64,000 nt of DNA from Neodothiora populina. Taxonomy: Eukaryota. A program made the translations under genes and the position numbers. How positions within the stretch are numbered: the stretch's first letter is position 1; the number at the start of each line of letters is the position of its first letter. This document shows positions 36,166-48,413 of the stretch, in pieces. The DNA lies in the NCBI RefSeq assembly GCF_041146345.1, contig NW_027191413.1:2976001-3040000 (forward strand), written 5' to 3'. The notes beneath the pieces were generated by a model. That model searched no databases. It saw nothing but the letters and a program-made list of their open reading frames with translations, and was not told where the DNA came from.

Positions 36166-38106
36166 CTACCCAGCACCGAGTGAAGCCTTCATTCCCATCA
36201 ACTTCTCCTTCTTCATGAAGGGGGCAATGACCAACGAGACCAGGCCGGCAGCTAGGCTTAGCGCCCAGACTCTCCCGATTGCAGACGTGACCGCGGAAAT
36301 CGCCTCATGCCTCAACTCGGGGGACAAAGAATCAAAAACGGCGCTCTGTGTTCCGGAGATAGCGTCGCGCAGCTGTGCAGAGGTGAATCCTTTGCCAGCC
36401 AGAACTGTGCTTAGGCCACGGAAGGCGTATGTCTGGAAGACCTGTCCAGAGATGACCAGAGAAATCAGCGTAGCTCCGAGTTGAGCGGTGTTCTGGAACG
36501 AGACGACGTTCGGCACATCCTCAGGGTGACCCTCCAAGCCGCGCTTCACCGTGGCGACTGCATAGCCAGTTTGGATTGTCAGGCCTGCGCCGACAGCAAT
36601 TAAGACCGTGTAACCATAAATGTTGGCAGGCGGGGTTGTCGAGTCGACAGTGATCATCAGAGCGCCTCCCGGAATCATGAATATCCCCGTAACGAGATAC
36701 ATGATCCAGTAGTAGCCTACACGGGGCAGAATGATACCTGAGAACATGTTTACTGCTATCAGGACCAGAATGAAGGGCAGCAGTCTGACGGCGGCCATGA
36801 TGGCAGTATCACCATGCGTGAATTGGAAGTATATCGGGATGTAATATGCAGGAACGAAAAGATTGGTCGTCGCCGCAGCCGTGCCAATATACAGCACAAG
36901 TTGCGAACGGGACTTGATAAGATGCCCTGGAAAGATTTTGCTTGTCTTGGTGGTAAGGAACGAGTAGTACTGCTGGAGAGCGAAGGCAACAAGAGTGACT
37001 CCGAACACTATCCACGTGGCGATTGTTCCCCCGTCGTCCCAGGGCCACATAACGCCTGCGAACGTCAAGACAAGGGTAAAAGCAACAATAAAGCCTACCC
37101 ATAAGAGTCCACCCAATGCGTCGATGCTTCGGAATTTTTGAATGGCCGGTATTTCTGGTTGTTGTGTTACGGAGGGTAGAAAAAGTAGGTAGACAGGCGC
37201 GCAGACTGCTGCAACAACACTGTACCACATAGACTCGTAAGTTAAGGACTTGATCGCGGAACGGCCCACCGTTGGCAAGGACAGACTTACAGATTGATAT
37301 AGAAGGACCATCTCCATGTTGCCGAGCTTGTCGAAAAGGAGCCACCTACTTTTGTTATCATCGTAAGTTCGAATCATTGTAAGGTGTTCCATAGCTTACC
37401 TATGACGGGACCGAGGATGCTCCCAAGGCCCCAGATGAAATCAATTCCTGCAATGTAGAGACCCCGCTCTTTATTTGTCGTACAGACAGAAATAATTGAG
37501 GTTCCTGTATCGTATTGTGGTCAGCTGATGAGGATGGCTTGACGAGCTCATCTGGAAACACAAACCCTAGCTGCGCTTCAATCAGTGCCTGTCGACATCA
37601 TACGAATTGATCATCGCTTGACTTACATAGATACCAGAGCCACCCATACCAGCAATCACACGGCCCACAATCAGGGCGTTCATGGTGGGCGCCGCGCCGC
37701 ACAGCGCGGACGCCGCTTCAAATACCACGATCGACCCGATGTAGAGCCACTTCATATCAGAGTTGTTGTAGGCAGTACCCCTGGATGTCATCAACTCATA
37801 TAACCACAACATATGTCTCGAAACATTTACTTACAAGATCAGTGTCATGGAAACGGGACCTAGTGGAAATCCCGTTCCGATCCAAGTGAGCTGCGAGACA
37901 TCGCCAAAAGTCTCGACCACCGCGCCCTGAATATCTGCGGCTATCGTGGTATCAAGACCGTAGAGGCAAGAGCTCAAGTATAGCGAGACACAGACCAGCG
38001 CCCATTTGTAACCATGTACTGAACGTGCTGGGGGTTCTGTGGCTAGCTCGTCAGGTTGAGGACTAGCAGTACTTGGAGTGACTTTTTCCTCTTCAATGCT
38101 AGTCAT
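36166..38106 (-). CDS. MFS DHA2-type (14-TM) efflux pump (spliced)
   Basis: LYGLDTTIAADIQ, ASALCGAAPTMNALIVGRVIAGMGGSG, SSATWRWSFYIN, YYIPIYFQFTHGD, AAVRLLP. Confidence 0.92.
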
Positions 38107-38342
38107 ATCAAATGGAGAGGTAGAATGAAAGCGGTTTGCAGGGAGCAAAATTATATCTTAGTACGAGATCGGTATGTTACAAGAGGTAGTGGTAGTTGAG
38201 TAGGATATGCGCATCGCAATATTTATATGGAGTACTACCTCCAAAATCTGGATTGATCATCCTTAATTCGCTACTGCTATGTCAGGTCGTGTCGATTGAT
38301 AACGCAATCCCATTTCTCTCTCCGACCCATACCATCATGTAT

Positions 38343-38413
38343 AATAGGCCGAGCGTGGAATTGCGTACTTTAGGGGAAATAGGCCGCTAGTGTCGAAAAT
38401 AGGCCGAGCGTGG
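38343..38413. promoter_or_regulatory. Triple direct repeat AATAGGCCG(AGCGTGG) upstream of the efflux pump gene
   Basis: Copies at 38343-38358, 38378-38386 and 38398-38413; the first and third are identical 16-mers. Confidence 0.5.
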
Positions 38414-38959
38414 GGATCACCGCGACAGAACAGCGCACTTCAACACATCAATCAGATCTGAGAATGACGATCAGACCTCGAGTCCTCACCGATGGCACAA
38501 CCACGAAAGTACCGAGCAGGATGTTGACTAGTCGTTCTGCACGACACAATCGAAGTCATGGTGAAGTTGCGCACTTTACGACTGTGCGTGAATCAACTTT
38601 GCAGAAAGTACAACAATCACTCCTGACACCCGAGCACTAATATAAAGCTCGAAGATTGATCTAATGCTATACTTGATGATCTGAAGTTGAGATTGGAGAC
38701 CGAAAAAGGCTCTGCCATGCTTGACAATGTTTCCTATTGTTGTCTACCTGACGAGACGGCATGCACGACAGATCGGAGTCGGAAATACCTTATCGTAGCC
38801 GTAACCCTGATGAGTGACGAATTTATGCATATTACTCGACGCTATTGAGCTGCATGATCGATACATCGTCCATCCTACGGACGTGTCAATTATCAGTGTC
38901 AATTACGGGTAGGCAAAGCCACGTTAATAGAGATTATCCGGCCGAGGTCCACTGCTGTA

Positions 38960-40153
38960 TCATCTGCAGAGGTGCGGGTGCTCTCTGACAGCATTTGTGA
39001 AGAACTGCTCGAGTCCATTCGCTCTTATGGTCGCTTGTCCCCCCACATCCAGTAAGCTCGGTAGCAGGTTTCCAATCTGCGTGAGAGCGACTCTAGACTG
39101 AACAAGGTTGAATTCGCATCGCTTGTACAGCAACAAACAGTCAGTCGTATGATCGATGTCTAAAACAACGCTGTACTGGCACAACAAGTCGAACGCCTCG
39201 AAGATCTTGAATATAGCAGCCAGAGAGACAAGCCCGGATTCTGTAAGCCCTGCCACGGTTACGGAGGTGGATGTACGGGTTGCCAGCGGTGTCCCGGAAT
39301 GGGCCTTTGGGTACATGCCAGGCTCATGTGTATGCCCAACTGAACCTTGGCTCGTAGGCTTGGCCAGGCGACTGAAGATAGTTGATATCTTGATGCACGT
39401 GCAGTCTATCAGTTTGAGCAGTTCTTGAAGTGCATGATTATCCATAGAGATATCGGGCTGAACAAAGCCCTGTTTATGTTGCTCAAGACAGTTAGACATG
39501 CGCTCGACCTGCTCGTTGAGCTTGGTGGTCAGTTCGAGAACCGCACCCAAGCTTGCTTTATCTGCCATACAAGTCTCGGAGGATGATTCATGGTTGCTAG
39601 CATGGCTGATTGCTATCGTACCGGGAGGTTCATCACTGTCGTGAGGCGAAGCTGGACGCGATGGTACACAAATGTAGGGCCCAGATACACCATCGTTTAC
39701 TACAGAGCCTCTGCTCAGAACATTCGAGTCCAAGATCGTGTCTCCGGCACCGCTGTCTGTTACACCCATAGGTGCGTGTAGCTGGCTGAAGTCTATTATC
39801 CCGGGATCACCCCAGTTGAGGTCAAAGAGGTTGGTGGCAGGACCCAGGTTTGCATTATCATTATCGATGTCATTCATGCAAAGGCGAGGGGACCATACGC
39901 TTGGCGGAGTCGTTCTGGGTGATGGTCTAGACAGTCGAGTACGCTTATTGTGAGAGTTGTCTGCAGTATCGTTGTCTGCTCTAGGTCGGCCACTCCGAAT
40001 ACGAGGCAGGAAGAAGCATTGCCGATTGGCAGCAACGCACGACACACATGGTCCACCTTCGGGGGACAGCTCACAACGAACCTTGCGGGAGTGGCAAGCT
40101 TCACAAGCACCGCGGACGATGGGAAGTTGTTTTCGAGGTCCGGATGCCAGCAA
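38960..40153 (-). CDS. Zn(II)2Cys6 transcription factor with no in-frame ATG before the zinc cluster
   Basis: ACEACHSRKVRCELSPEGGPCVSCVAANRQC followed by RSGRPR; intronless 397-codon frame. Start codon unresolved. Confidence 0.8.
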   Translation of the reverse strand: MLASGPRKQLPIVRGACEACHSRKVRCELSPEGGPCVSCVAANRQCFFLPRIRSGRPRADNDTADNSHNKRTRLSRPSPRTTPPSVWSPRLCMNDIDNDNANLGPATNLFDLNWGDPGIIDFSQLHAPMGVTDSGAGDTILDSNVLSRGSVVNDGVSGPYICVPSRPASPHDSDEPPGTIAISHASNHESSSETCMADKASLGAVLELTTKLNEQVERMSNCLEQHKQGFVQPDISMDNHALQELLKLIDCTCIKISTIFSRLAKPTSQGSVGHTHEPGMYPKAHSGTPLATRTSTSVTVAGLTESGLVSLAAIFKIFEAFDLLCQYSVVLDIDHTTDCLLLYKRCEFNLVQSRVALTQIGNLLPSLLDVGGQATIRANGLEQFFTNAVREHPHLCR

Positions 40154-40922
40154 GCGAACAATAAAGTAGCATCAGATGGTACGGTTGAGCTACCTCCGGT
40201 GGAAGGGAGAATGAGTAATGGGGCGGTGCTACACTAGTTTACGGGAGCAAATGATAAGCATGATCGCACTGGTTTTTCTCCCACTTGCAAGCGCTCTCAA
40301 GTCGATAGCGATAGTTGAGTGGATGCTCCAGGGGCGGGGTGGCACTATAAGGTATCTTAACCATGGGTCTGAAGGCTTAAAGAACAAGCTTATCTCCGCT
40401 GGAGCATCTGCCAAGCCAAGCCTTGGTACCTAACCTCTATCCTACTCCATCGATTTACGAAACGTCGGTACACAACTATTGTTGCTTGTATTAGGCATGT
40501 CAGGCAGATTGAGCCAGCTAAACGCCCTGAGCTTAATACTCGACTGCGATAAGGTAAGGTTGGCCTGTTCCCGGAAGCATGGTGTACCGTACGTTTACGC
40601 TACACCTCGAGCCGAGCTGCTCGTTAGCGCGTGTGCGCAAGCTTACCCACTCACCGACATGCCGAGCCGGGGCGGTTTTTGATCCTACTTCAGGTTTGTC
40701 ACAAAGGTAGGCATTGAAACATCTTGATAGCCGTGCACTTGTATATCGAGAGAGTATAGGGGGAAGATCTAACGCCACTCGGCATCTTGGCTGGCAGACC
40801 ACGGTATCGCCAAAGCGTATAAGAGCTATCGGAGAATCTAGTGCTTTTCAAGCTCATAGGTGACATTGAACCAGCCCTTGGCTTTGCACATGTACCACAT
40901 ATCATATAGCTCCGAGATTTGA

Positions 40923-42480
40923 TCAAATGGGGATGGAATGCGTCAATTCCTCTTGAGCTACAATGGTGTTAGTGGAAACGACAGTAAAGCAACGGGGAGG
41001 ATTGAAAGACAATACCCTGTGTTACCCACTGCTTCCAAACAGCGGTTGGTCTCAAATCCCTATATGCCCAGACCGACTCCAAGGTAGCTGTAAGTCTGTT
41101 CTCCCGTTTGTACCAATAGCCTGGCAGGGAATTGAGTCGACGAACAATCGACTCTCGAGCGCTTGCATCCACTGCTTCACAGCCTGCTATGAACAATGGA
41201 AAAACGATGGCTAGAGAGGCCCGGGAGTCTTGACCTATCTGTTCGATTTCCTCGTAGACTCTTTTGACTTGGCGACGAACGAATGGTGCTGTCCATGGTA
41301 AGTCTCTGAGGCGGGTATAGAAAAGTAGCACCACAGCAGAATAGCTAGCCTCGTTCAAACGACGGAGATCAAGATTTTCATTTGATCCAGTCGCCAAGGA
41401 GCACAGATCTGCCTCCCGGCATGTGAGTAGACTTTCTTCCAGTCGATTGACTTCTTCGCTAAAACTGGGATCTGTAGCTAGATCGCGTGATTCTTGTAAA
41501 TGCACTGTTTGTCTTTGACGTAGTAGTCTAGACAACTTCAACAGGGGATTGATGAGGCGTTTCGAAAAGCCGTATAAGGGATGGACCGTCCAGTCTTTAC
41601 AGACCAGAGCAGTCCTGGAGCTCAATTCGGAATCGTCAAACTCTATCGCGAGATGTATCGTTTCCCCTGATAATGAGATGTCGTTCCTCAAAGAACACTG
41701 AGTACATATCTCTGCCCATCGGAGTAAGTGCATGGCAATCGAGAAGCGGTCATTATCGGCATGAGACCTGGGTCCGCTTTCCATCAAACACGCAGCAGCA
41801 CTCCGCGCCAGCTGCAGCATGTCGACGTAGGTCTCCGAATCAAATAGGAAGAGGAACACGGCCGTCACCGTTGCTGTCAAGGACCATTGCGAGTCGGCCG
41901 ATGTTGGGCCTCTCAGCTTGGTCAAAGCTTGCGACGCCTCAAAAGCAAGATTTGAGGCTGTTCGTCGTATGGTCTCGTCCCCTACCAAGGCCGAGTACTG
42001 GAAACCCGACAATGCCAAGGCAGCCGATCTGAAGGCTCTGCTGGTGATGGCCATGGCTGGGAGGGCAACGCTGTATGGGTCTTGATAGCAGAAATCGCTG
42101 GTGGAACTATCAACGTCCCAGCATAAGAACATACTCGTAGTACGATGTACAAAGTGTGACCACAGAAATCTTCTTTCGCGAGATACAGCCAGATCATCGG
42201 GTAAGGACTGGAGACTTTGCGGTATGGTCGAGTGATCGGGAAGCCTGACTGACTGAGCGCCTGTCCTCGGTGTTGGAAGACTATTTTCACTCAACCCAGT
42301 TTGTTGAGTGAAAATCTCACCCTGGTAAAGAGCGCCACGCTTGACCTGGTGTTCTGTCGATGCAGTGTCATTGTGTACTATTTCGAGTGGGCTTTTATAG
42401 CCTGCACAACTCGGATGTCCTTGAAGAGCTCTGGGTGGTGTTGCTATGTCCTTTATCAGTGGATGCGCTGATGTTGCTGG
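40923..42480 (-). CDS. Fungal_trans_2-type transcription factor domain protein; 5' end and zinc cluster not resolved (possibly degenerate)
   Basis: FLWSHF...DPYSVALPAMA...RSAALALSG, LLRWAEI, IVFPLFIAGCEA, LESVW. The frame is open up to 42480 and includes CAGYKSPLE. Short last exon ends ...HSIPI* at 40923. Confidence 0.7.
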
Positions 42481-43970
42481 CTATACGCTATCAACGTGTC
42501 CGATGTCTCGTGCTTCATCTGTGATACGCATGACACTTTCTGGATAGTCGAGCGGCAGTGAAGTACATAGACGAGCACAGTATCGTCCAGGGTGACTGTT
42601 AACAGCAACGCAGGGATAACGGATCATTAAGGTACCTATGCGACGTCGTTTACTCGACCTTTCTAGTGATAACGCTGATGGACCATGGGCAATGCTCCAC
42701 TCCTTAAAAGTTGAAAGCTGGCAGACGTAACCTGACTTTTGGCATTGTGAACATTGTGGTTTGGCCTGGTCGCACTGGCAAGCGGAGATAAGTCTGGGAA
42801 TGTAGGCGGCCTGGAGCTAAAGACTACTTACTTTCCGTTTCCGCCTCTTGCACTCGAGGCATGCCCCCTCATTACGCATGACTTAGATCAACAGCCAGAC
42901 TATTGTTCCAGTCTGTCAAGCAAACTGCTGTTATAATGGGTCATGCTCAAGGCGACAGGGATTCGATGGCTGAGGCAGCTTCCGGATCGCGCACGTCTCT
43001 TTATCTTTTCCTTATCGAGAACAACCAACCTGCGGGGTCAAGCTTACCTCCGGCTCGCTTGCGGTCGAAAACATGCCTGATAATTATCTCACCTTGTGTA
43101 CATTAGGTCCTGTCTCCTTCTTACTTGTACAGTGGGTAAGGTAATGGAGCCATGGCTCTAGTGGTAAGAAGACCTGCTTGTAGTGAATGAGCGAGCTTGA
43201 ACTCTACGCCAAGTTGACCATGTGCAGGCGTGGGCCCACCAGACAAGAGCCGTACGTCCAAGAAAAATCGGCCATACCCCAATACTCCGATGACCTTGAC
43301 CGAAACCCACTCTGATCCAGAGCATTAGCCTCAAGCACTCGTGATCCGCGACTAGTGAAATGAAACAATATCAAAGCACTCAAAGACGGCCCTTCACCTG
43401 CCCTGTCACCCTTGCCGTCTCCTCATGCAGCGATTCACGATCCAATGGCGCCTGCGATGGTTGCCCATACGCGCATAGACAATTGCCTGATCAGGTGCAC
43501 TTCGATTAGATGTTACTCATAACACTATACATATAGTATCATCCAGACCGCGGTCGGGACTAGTAGCCGCATTCCTGCAGTCCCGATACACTAGATATGC
43601 AACACATTCATCTTGCATTCGAGCGAGAGAAAGTCGCAATCTACTCTACGCACGTCACCAAAGCCTATTCGTTCGATTCGTACGATTTGTTCGAAGCATG
43701 TGGGTGCGACGTCCTTGGCTGGTGTTTACCAAGCCACTCGGCATTCACGCTCATGACGCATGGCGGACACAAGTCTGAGCCAAGATCGGCAAATGAAGGC
43801 GATTGCGTCCATCAGGCTACAAACTCGTGTTAGAAAGGCCATCAAGGTTACGAGCCGCACATGAGCGAACCGCTTCGCTGATCTGTGCCAGCACATGTGT
43901 TGATATATAGTTGGTGTTGGTCGCTTAAAAAAATGAGGTATTTGTTCAGATTGTCGCATTCTCGCCAGCC

Positions 43971-45068
43971 ATGGTCAACATCACTGCCGTAGACTTGCTT
44001 CGCTTCGCAAGCAGCATACCTTATGTCACTGAAATTACATCGATTCCGACGGAAGCACCAGATGCAGTCCATTTCATATCCTATAATGAAACATTCGTGA
44101 CCGACATTCTTGGTCCGACTGTTTCCCAGAAGTTGATTGCTGAGACAAGTTGGGAGGCCTTCCACGAGGCAGGTGTATACAACGCCGCAACAAATTCGCT
44201 ATACATCACGTCGAACTGGGCAAAGGACTTCTCCAACCCGATCAACGTAACTGTTCTTAGCTTGGACGACTATTCCCTCACGTCACTGCGATATCCGAAC
44301 GTGGCCAATGCCAATGGTGCCTTTTCCTACTATCCCCCTGGTACGCCCCGGAATAGCTCTGCCGGACAAGAGATAGTCTTCTGTGATGAAGGAAACTTAG
44401 AGGATCCCTCTCAGCTCACGGTCGTCAATCCGGCTACCAATGCCACCCGTGTGATCCTCAACAGCTACATGGGCAAGAACTTCTCCTCTATCAACGACAT
44501 CATCCAGCACCCTGTTACTGGAGACCTTTGGTTCACTGATGCCCGCTACGGGTACTGGCAATTCTTCCGACCCGAGCCTGTGATACGACCCCAAGTCTAT
44601 CGTTTCGAGCCTGCAAGCGGAGTCTTGCAGGCCGTTGCAGACGACTTCATTGCACCCAACGGCATCGAGTTCAGTCCAGACCTCAAGCACATCTATGTTA
44701 CTGATACGGGAACAATAATGTTTTCGAACGAAAGTGCCATCCCCACAAACCCAGCATCAATCTACAAGTACGACATCTCCGCAGACGGTAAAGGTCTCGA
44801 GAACAGGAAGCTTTTCGCGTATGCCAGCGGCGCTGCACCCGACGGTGTCCATGCTGATACGCAAGGCAACATCTACTCTTCCTGCACCGACGGCGTCAAC
44901 GTGTGGAACAAGGAGGGTGTTTTGCTTGGCAAATTCGCGGTCAAGGGAGGATCGAACAATTTTGCTTGGGTGCCTCAAGGCATGATTCTCTTCAACAACA
45001 ACAGAGCATTTGAGATTACACTTGCTGCTAAGGGAAGAACAGTGAGGAAAGACTTCGGCGCAGTATGA
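43971..45068 (+). CDS. SMP-30/gluconolactonase-family lactonohydrolase (beta-propeller)
   Basis: AFHEAGVY, FSSIND, GDLWFTD, PQVYRFEP, PNGIEFSPD..IYVTDTG, PDGVHADTQGNIY; intronless 365 aa. Confidence 0.9.
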   Translation: MVNITAVDLLRFASSIPYVTEITSIPTEAPDAVHFISYNETFVTDILGPTVSQKLIAETSWEAFHEAGVYNAATNSLYITSNWAKDFSNPINVTVLSLDDYSLTSLRYPNVANANGAFSYYPPGTPRNSSAGQEIVFCDEGNLEDPSQLTVVNPATNATRVILNSYMGKNFSSINDIIQHPVTGDLWFTDARYGYWQFFRPEPVIRPQVYRFEPASGVLQAVADDFIAPNGIEFSPDLKHIYVTDTGTIMFSNESAIPTNPASIYKYDISADGKGLENRKLFAYASGAAPDGVHADTQGNIYSSCTDGVNVWNKEGVLLGKFAVKGGSNNFAWVPQGMILFNNNRAFEITLAAKGRTVRKDFGAV

Positions 45069-45436
45069 TCAGGCTGGCCACAGACAGATATCGCAACGCT
45101 GCAAGGTATTACTAGGATCAGGTGTTGTACATACATGAAGGTGACATACGTCCAAAATAGGCCGAATCTTTAACATGGTGTCGAAGTCAGACGCGACATA
45201 AAGTTGCATGTACATACCGAGCTCTTTGGATTTTGTGCGGAAGACTGCAAAACACCGAGCTTAAGCAGAATGCTCTTGCTTGAGAGATATACTGGAGACT
45301 TTGGTTCGTAGTGATCAGCACGTGGCGCATCAGATGAAGCGGCTCGCTTAGATTCCGATCAATGGTAGAAAATCAAGAAACAAAGTTCTAATTTGTAAGG
45401 CTTAGCACAGTGATGTCGTTGGGAGGGATCTGCATC

Positions 45437-47041
45437 CTAATTATCTTCTTCCTTTGGGACGATACATTTATCTTCGACCCATCTTGCAAAATGAACTGAT
45501 GGGGTATCGACAGCACGCGTGACTATATCTGCCATCCATACAACAAAGGTAATGGTTATGATGGCTGAGATACCAAACGCCGTCTCCTTCCTCCACGCAG
45601 TGTCGCGTCCAATCGCATTCCAGAGTATCTCCAGAGACTTGAGTCCGATGGTGTGGATAATGTGAGCATGCACAATGTACAATGCGAAAGAGATCTTGCC
45701 CATATATTGTGACACGCTGTTAGTGAACAGCTTCTGAAGCAATGGACTATTGGAGGTTGCCCACACCAACAGTATGGCGCCCCACCCAGTCCAGAAGCGG
45801 TGCTTCTCTTGCCAATTGGAGGGGATCCATGCATGAAGTGTATCCCACCCGATTGCAGGTCCTCCTTGGTTGCCGGGCTGACCGCAGAGGTAGACACCGA
45901 CAAGGAAGACGACGATGTAAAGCCACCAGAGACGATCACGTCGCGATGCGGCCAGGCTGCTGCTCGATGGCAATGCCGGGGCCAAAGACCGGCGGAGGTC
46001 AAGCTCTGCCAGAATGAAGCCACCGTAGAAAAGAATCATCTCCCAGCGATCCTTGCGCGTGCACCAGATGATCAGTGCCACGAGGAACAGTATGCGAACC
46101 AGAGGTCTCATCCGACTGACACCGAGCTGAGTGAGGTACAGGATGAGCGATGCTCGGAATTCGACGGAGATTGTCCACAGATGGCCGTCAATGTCGATCT
46201 GACTAGACCAGTTGTTGAAACTCCATGGATTGATCATGATATACATCTTACGCGCCCAGTCGTAAAGCTGTTTGAAGAGGGTGGCTTTTGGGCGCATGTG
46301 TTCCTCCCTATGGTAGGGCAGAAAGTGGCCGTCATATGCTACAGCCCTCGTCGGCTCGTATACTCCAAGATAGACTGTGACGATGATCACAAATGTCCAG
46401 ACAACGCAGGGCAGGTAGAGACGGATTGCTCGGCGAAATACTGCTGAAGACAATGTATGTAGTAGTTCATCCCACTTCTTACCTCTCATTTGTTTGAGAG
46501 GTTTGTAGGAAAGAGCAAAACCAGACACCACGAAGAATATTGAAACCATGGCCGTGCCGTTGTAGATGAAGCGTATAAAGGGGAGTTTGAGAAACTCGTG
46601 GTTTTTGCCACCTCTTCCAAATGCACTGTGTGTGTCGTGACTGCCGTAAGAAAAGTGGAATATGAACACGAGAAAGGCTGCTAGTCCACGGAGGCCATCG
46701 AGATAAGATGTTTGGTACAATTTCGTCACTTTGGCGAGATCTGGTCGGATTCGGTTCTGAATTGGTGAAGGTAACAAAAAGAATCCTAGGTCCTTGCAGG
46801 TTCGGGAACACGTAGACCACGAGGGTAACCGCAGCTTAGTCCTTGTGGTCTCTGCAGGGGGAGGTGTCGCCTCTACTATGTCCTCGGCTTCATCCTCATA
46901 TTTCTCGAGTAAATGGTCCGACTCGGGCACATGGTCTTGGTCTGATGAAACAGATAAATGCATGATTATACTGTAGAGCCACAAGCTCAATGCAAAAAAA
47001 TAGACTCGAGAAATGAAAGGAAGTAAGAGAGGATCAACCAT
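45437..47041 (-). CDS. Acyltransferase family 3 membrane O-acyltransferase (hard-surface-induced protein 3-like)
   Basis: TSYLDGLRGLAAFLV, MVSIFFVVSGFALS, FRRAIRLYLP, HLWTISVEFRAS, YMGKISFALYIVH. The true start may be the ATG at 46963. Confidence 0.9.
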   Translation of the reverse strand: MVDPLLLPFISRVYFFALSLWLYSIIMHLSVSSDQDHVPESDHLLEKYEDEAEDIVEATPPPAETTRTKLRLPSWSTCSRTCKDLGFFLLPSPIQNRIRPDLAKVTKLYQTSYLDGLRGLAAFLVFIFHFSYGSHDTHSAFGRGGKNHEFLKLPFIRFIYNGTAMVSIFFVVSGFALSYKPLKQMRGKKWDELLHTLSSAVFRRAIRLYLPCVVWTFVIIVTVYLGVYEPTRAVAYDGHFLPYHREEHMRPKATLFKQLYDWARKMYIMINPWSFNNWSSQIDIDGHLWTISVEFRASLILYLTQLGVSRMRPLVRILFLVALIIWCTRKDRWEMILFYGGFILAELDLRRSLAPALPSSSSLAASRRDRLWWLYIVVFLVGVYLCGQPGNQGGPAIGWDTLHAWIPSNWQEKHRFWTGWGAILLVWATSNSPLLQKLFTNSVSQYMGKISFALYIVHAHIIHTIGLKSLEILWNAIGRDTAWRKETAFGISAIITITFVVWMADIVTRAVDTPSVHFARWVEDKCIVPKEEDN

Positions 47042-48413
47042 TAATATCTTGACATGCCCCTATGCGGGACATAATGTGTTCGAAAGCTAGCGGGACGTCT
47101 ACCGCCAACAAAACGGTCAGCCAGATTGTGCATCCTTGGTATTCACATGAGCCTGCGAGCCACTGCAGCTGCCGATTCTACTTGAGAACTGACATGTCTC
47201 AAGTCTCATCCCGCTTTGAAGACTACTGGAAGACTACTATTTTTTGCATGCTGATCAGCATGAGGTCGGAACATGTCGAAGTTGTTCTCACTGAGTGATA
47301 ATAGGATAACGTACTAGACTCTTCCGACCTAGGAGGAGGCGGATGGGACGTGACAAGAAGTCGTTACTCTATCCAACGGTTATATAGAGATCGCCCTATA
47401 CTTCAGCTGACATGGACAGATCCTTCTTCATGGGGTTGACGGCAACCTGACGAATCGAGAGATCCTCTACTTTCTGCATGTTATTGTATACTGTCTCCTG
47501 AGGCTTTTGCTCTCATCCAAAGTGAAAAATTCAAGCACAATAGTCAGATTGCGACGCACAAATGACTGGGAATAATGTACACACAAGTACTTACAGGAGG
47601 TGTGACATGTGAGGTACCTGCAAGTTCACTGAAGCAGGACCGGTGCCAAGACCCCTTTGATCAATTTCGTCAGAAACCCCTTATCCTGAGCTCCCTCGTT
47701 CTTGACGGAAGGCAACACTATCTCATGAAACATCTTCGAGAACCTTGAGGTACGGTTAACAATAGGTCGCCCTTCAACATTGCGAACACTGTAGTGGACT
47801 GACAGAGTATTTAGGAAGTGGGTTATCAGGGTTCGGTATGTGCACACCTTAATTGTGATAGAAACGTTTCAGCGCTACCTTATCGGTACGACCCTTAATT
47901 CTCTTGCACGAGTCAAGCAGCGGCGCTGATGTCCGAGCTTTGAGGTTGTCAACGACAGTGTGTGCAGAGGGGCCTGTACCTTGTCTTTTTGATCTGTGAT
48001 TTTCCGTGATTGATTTATGCTACGATCTCGTATACTGTAAGATCAGTGTTCCCACGACTTAAAGCACTCGAAGAGGCTTACCGCTGTTGACATTACAGAT
48101 CTCTTGGGTCCAGGGGCTGTATCGTCAAAGCGATTGTCGAGACGCAACCTCCAAGTACCCATCATCTACGAACGACCATATCATCGTCTACCGGCGTTCA
48201 TACAGGCAAGTACATATACATAGCTGATGAGAACAAAGCTTCGCCTATTGGCTACCTACTAAGCAGCCTTCCGTACCTGCAATAGTTCACTTTTCAGTTT
48301 GCTGATCATGTTGTCTCGGAAGGAGCACGGCAAGGAGGCAAGGAGGCAAGGCTTGACCGAGCTCGTATGCGCTTATATCAGTCCTATGATGACCTACATC
48401 TTGGTTTATGTTC

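Noticed and set aside
47626..48200. Minus-strand intron-like GTAAGC...CTGAT...CAG and a protein-like 73-aa ORF
   Set aside because: Could not assemble a stop-free gene model; possibly an unidentifiable relic.
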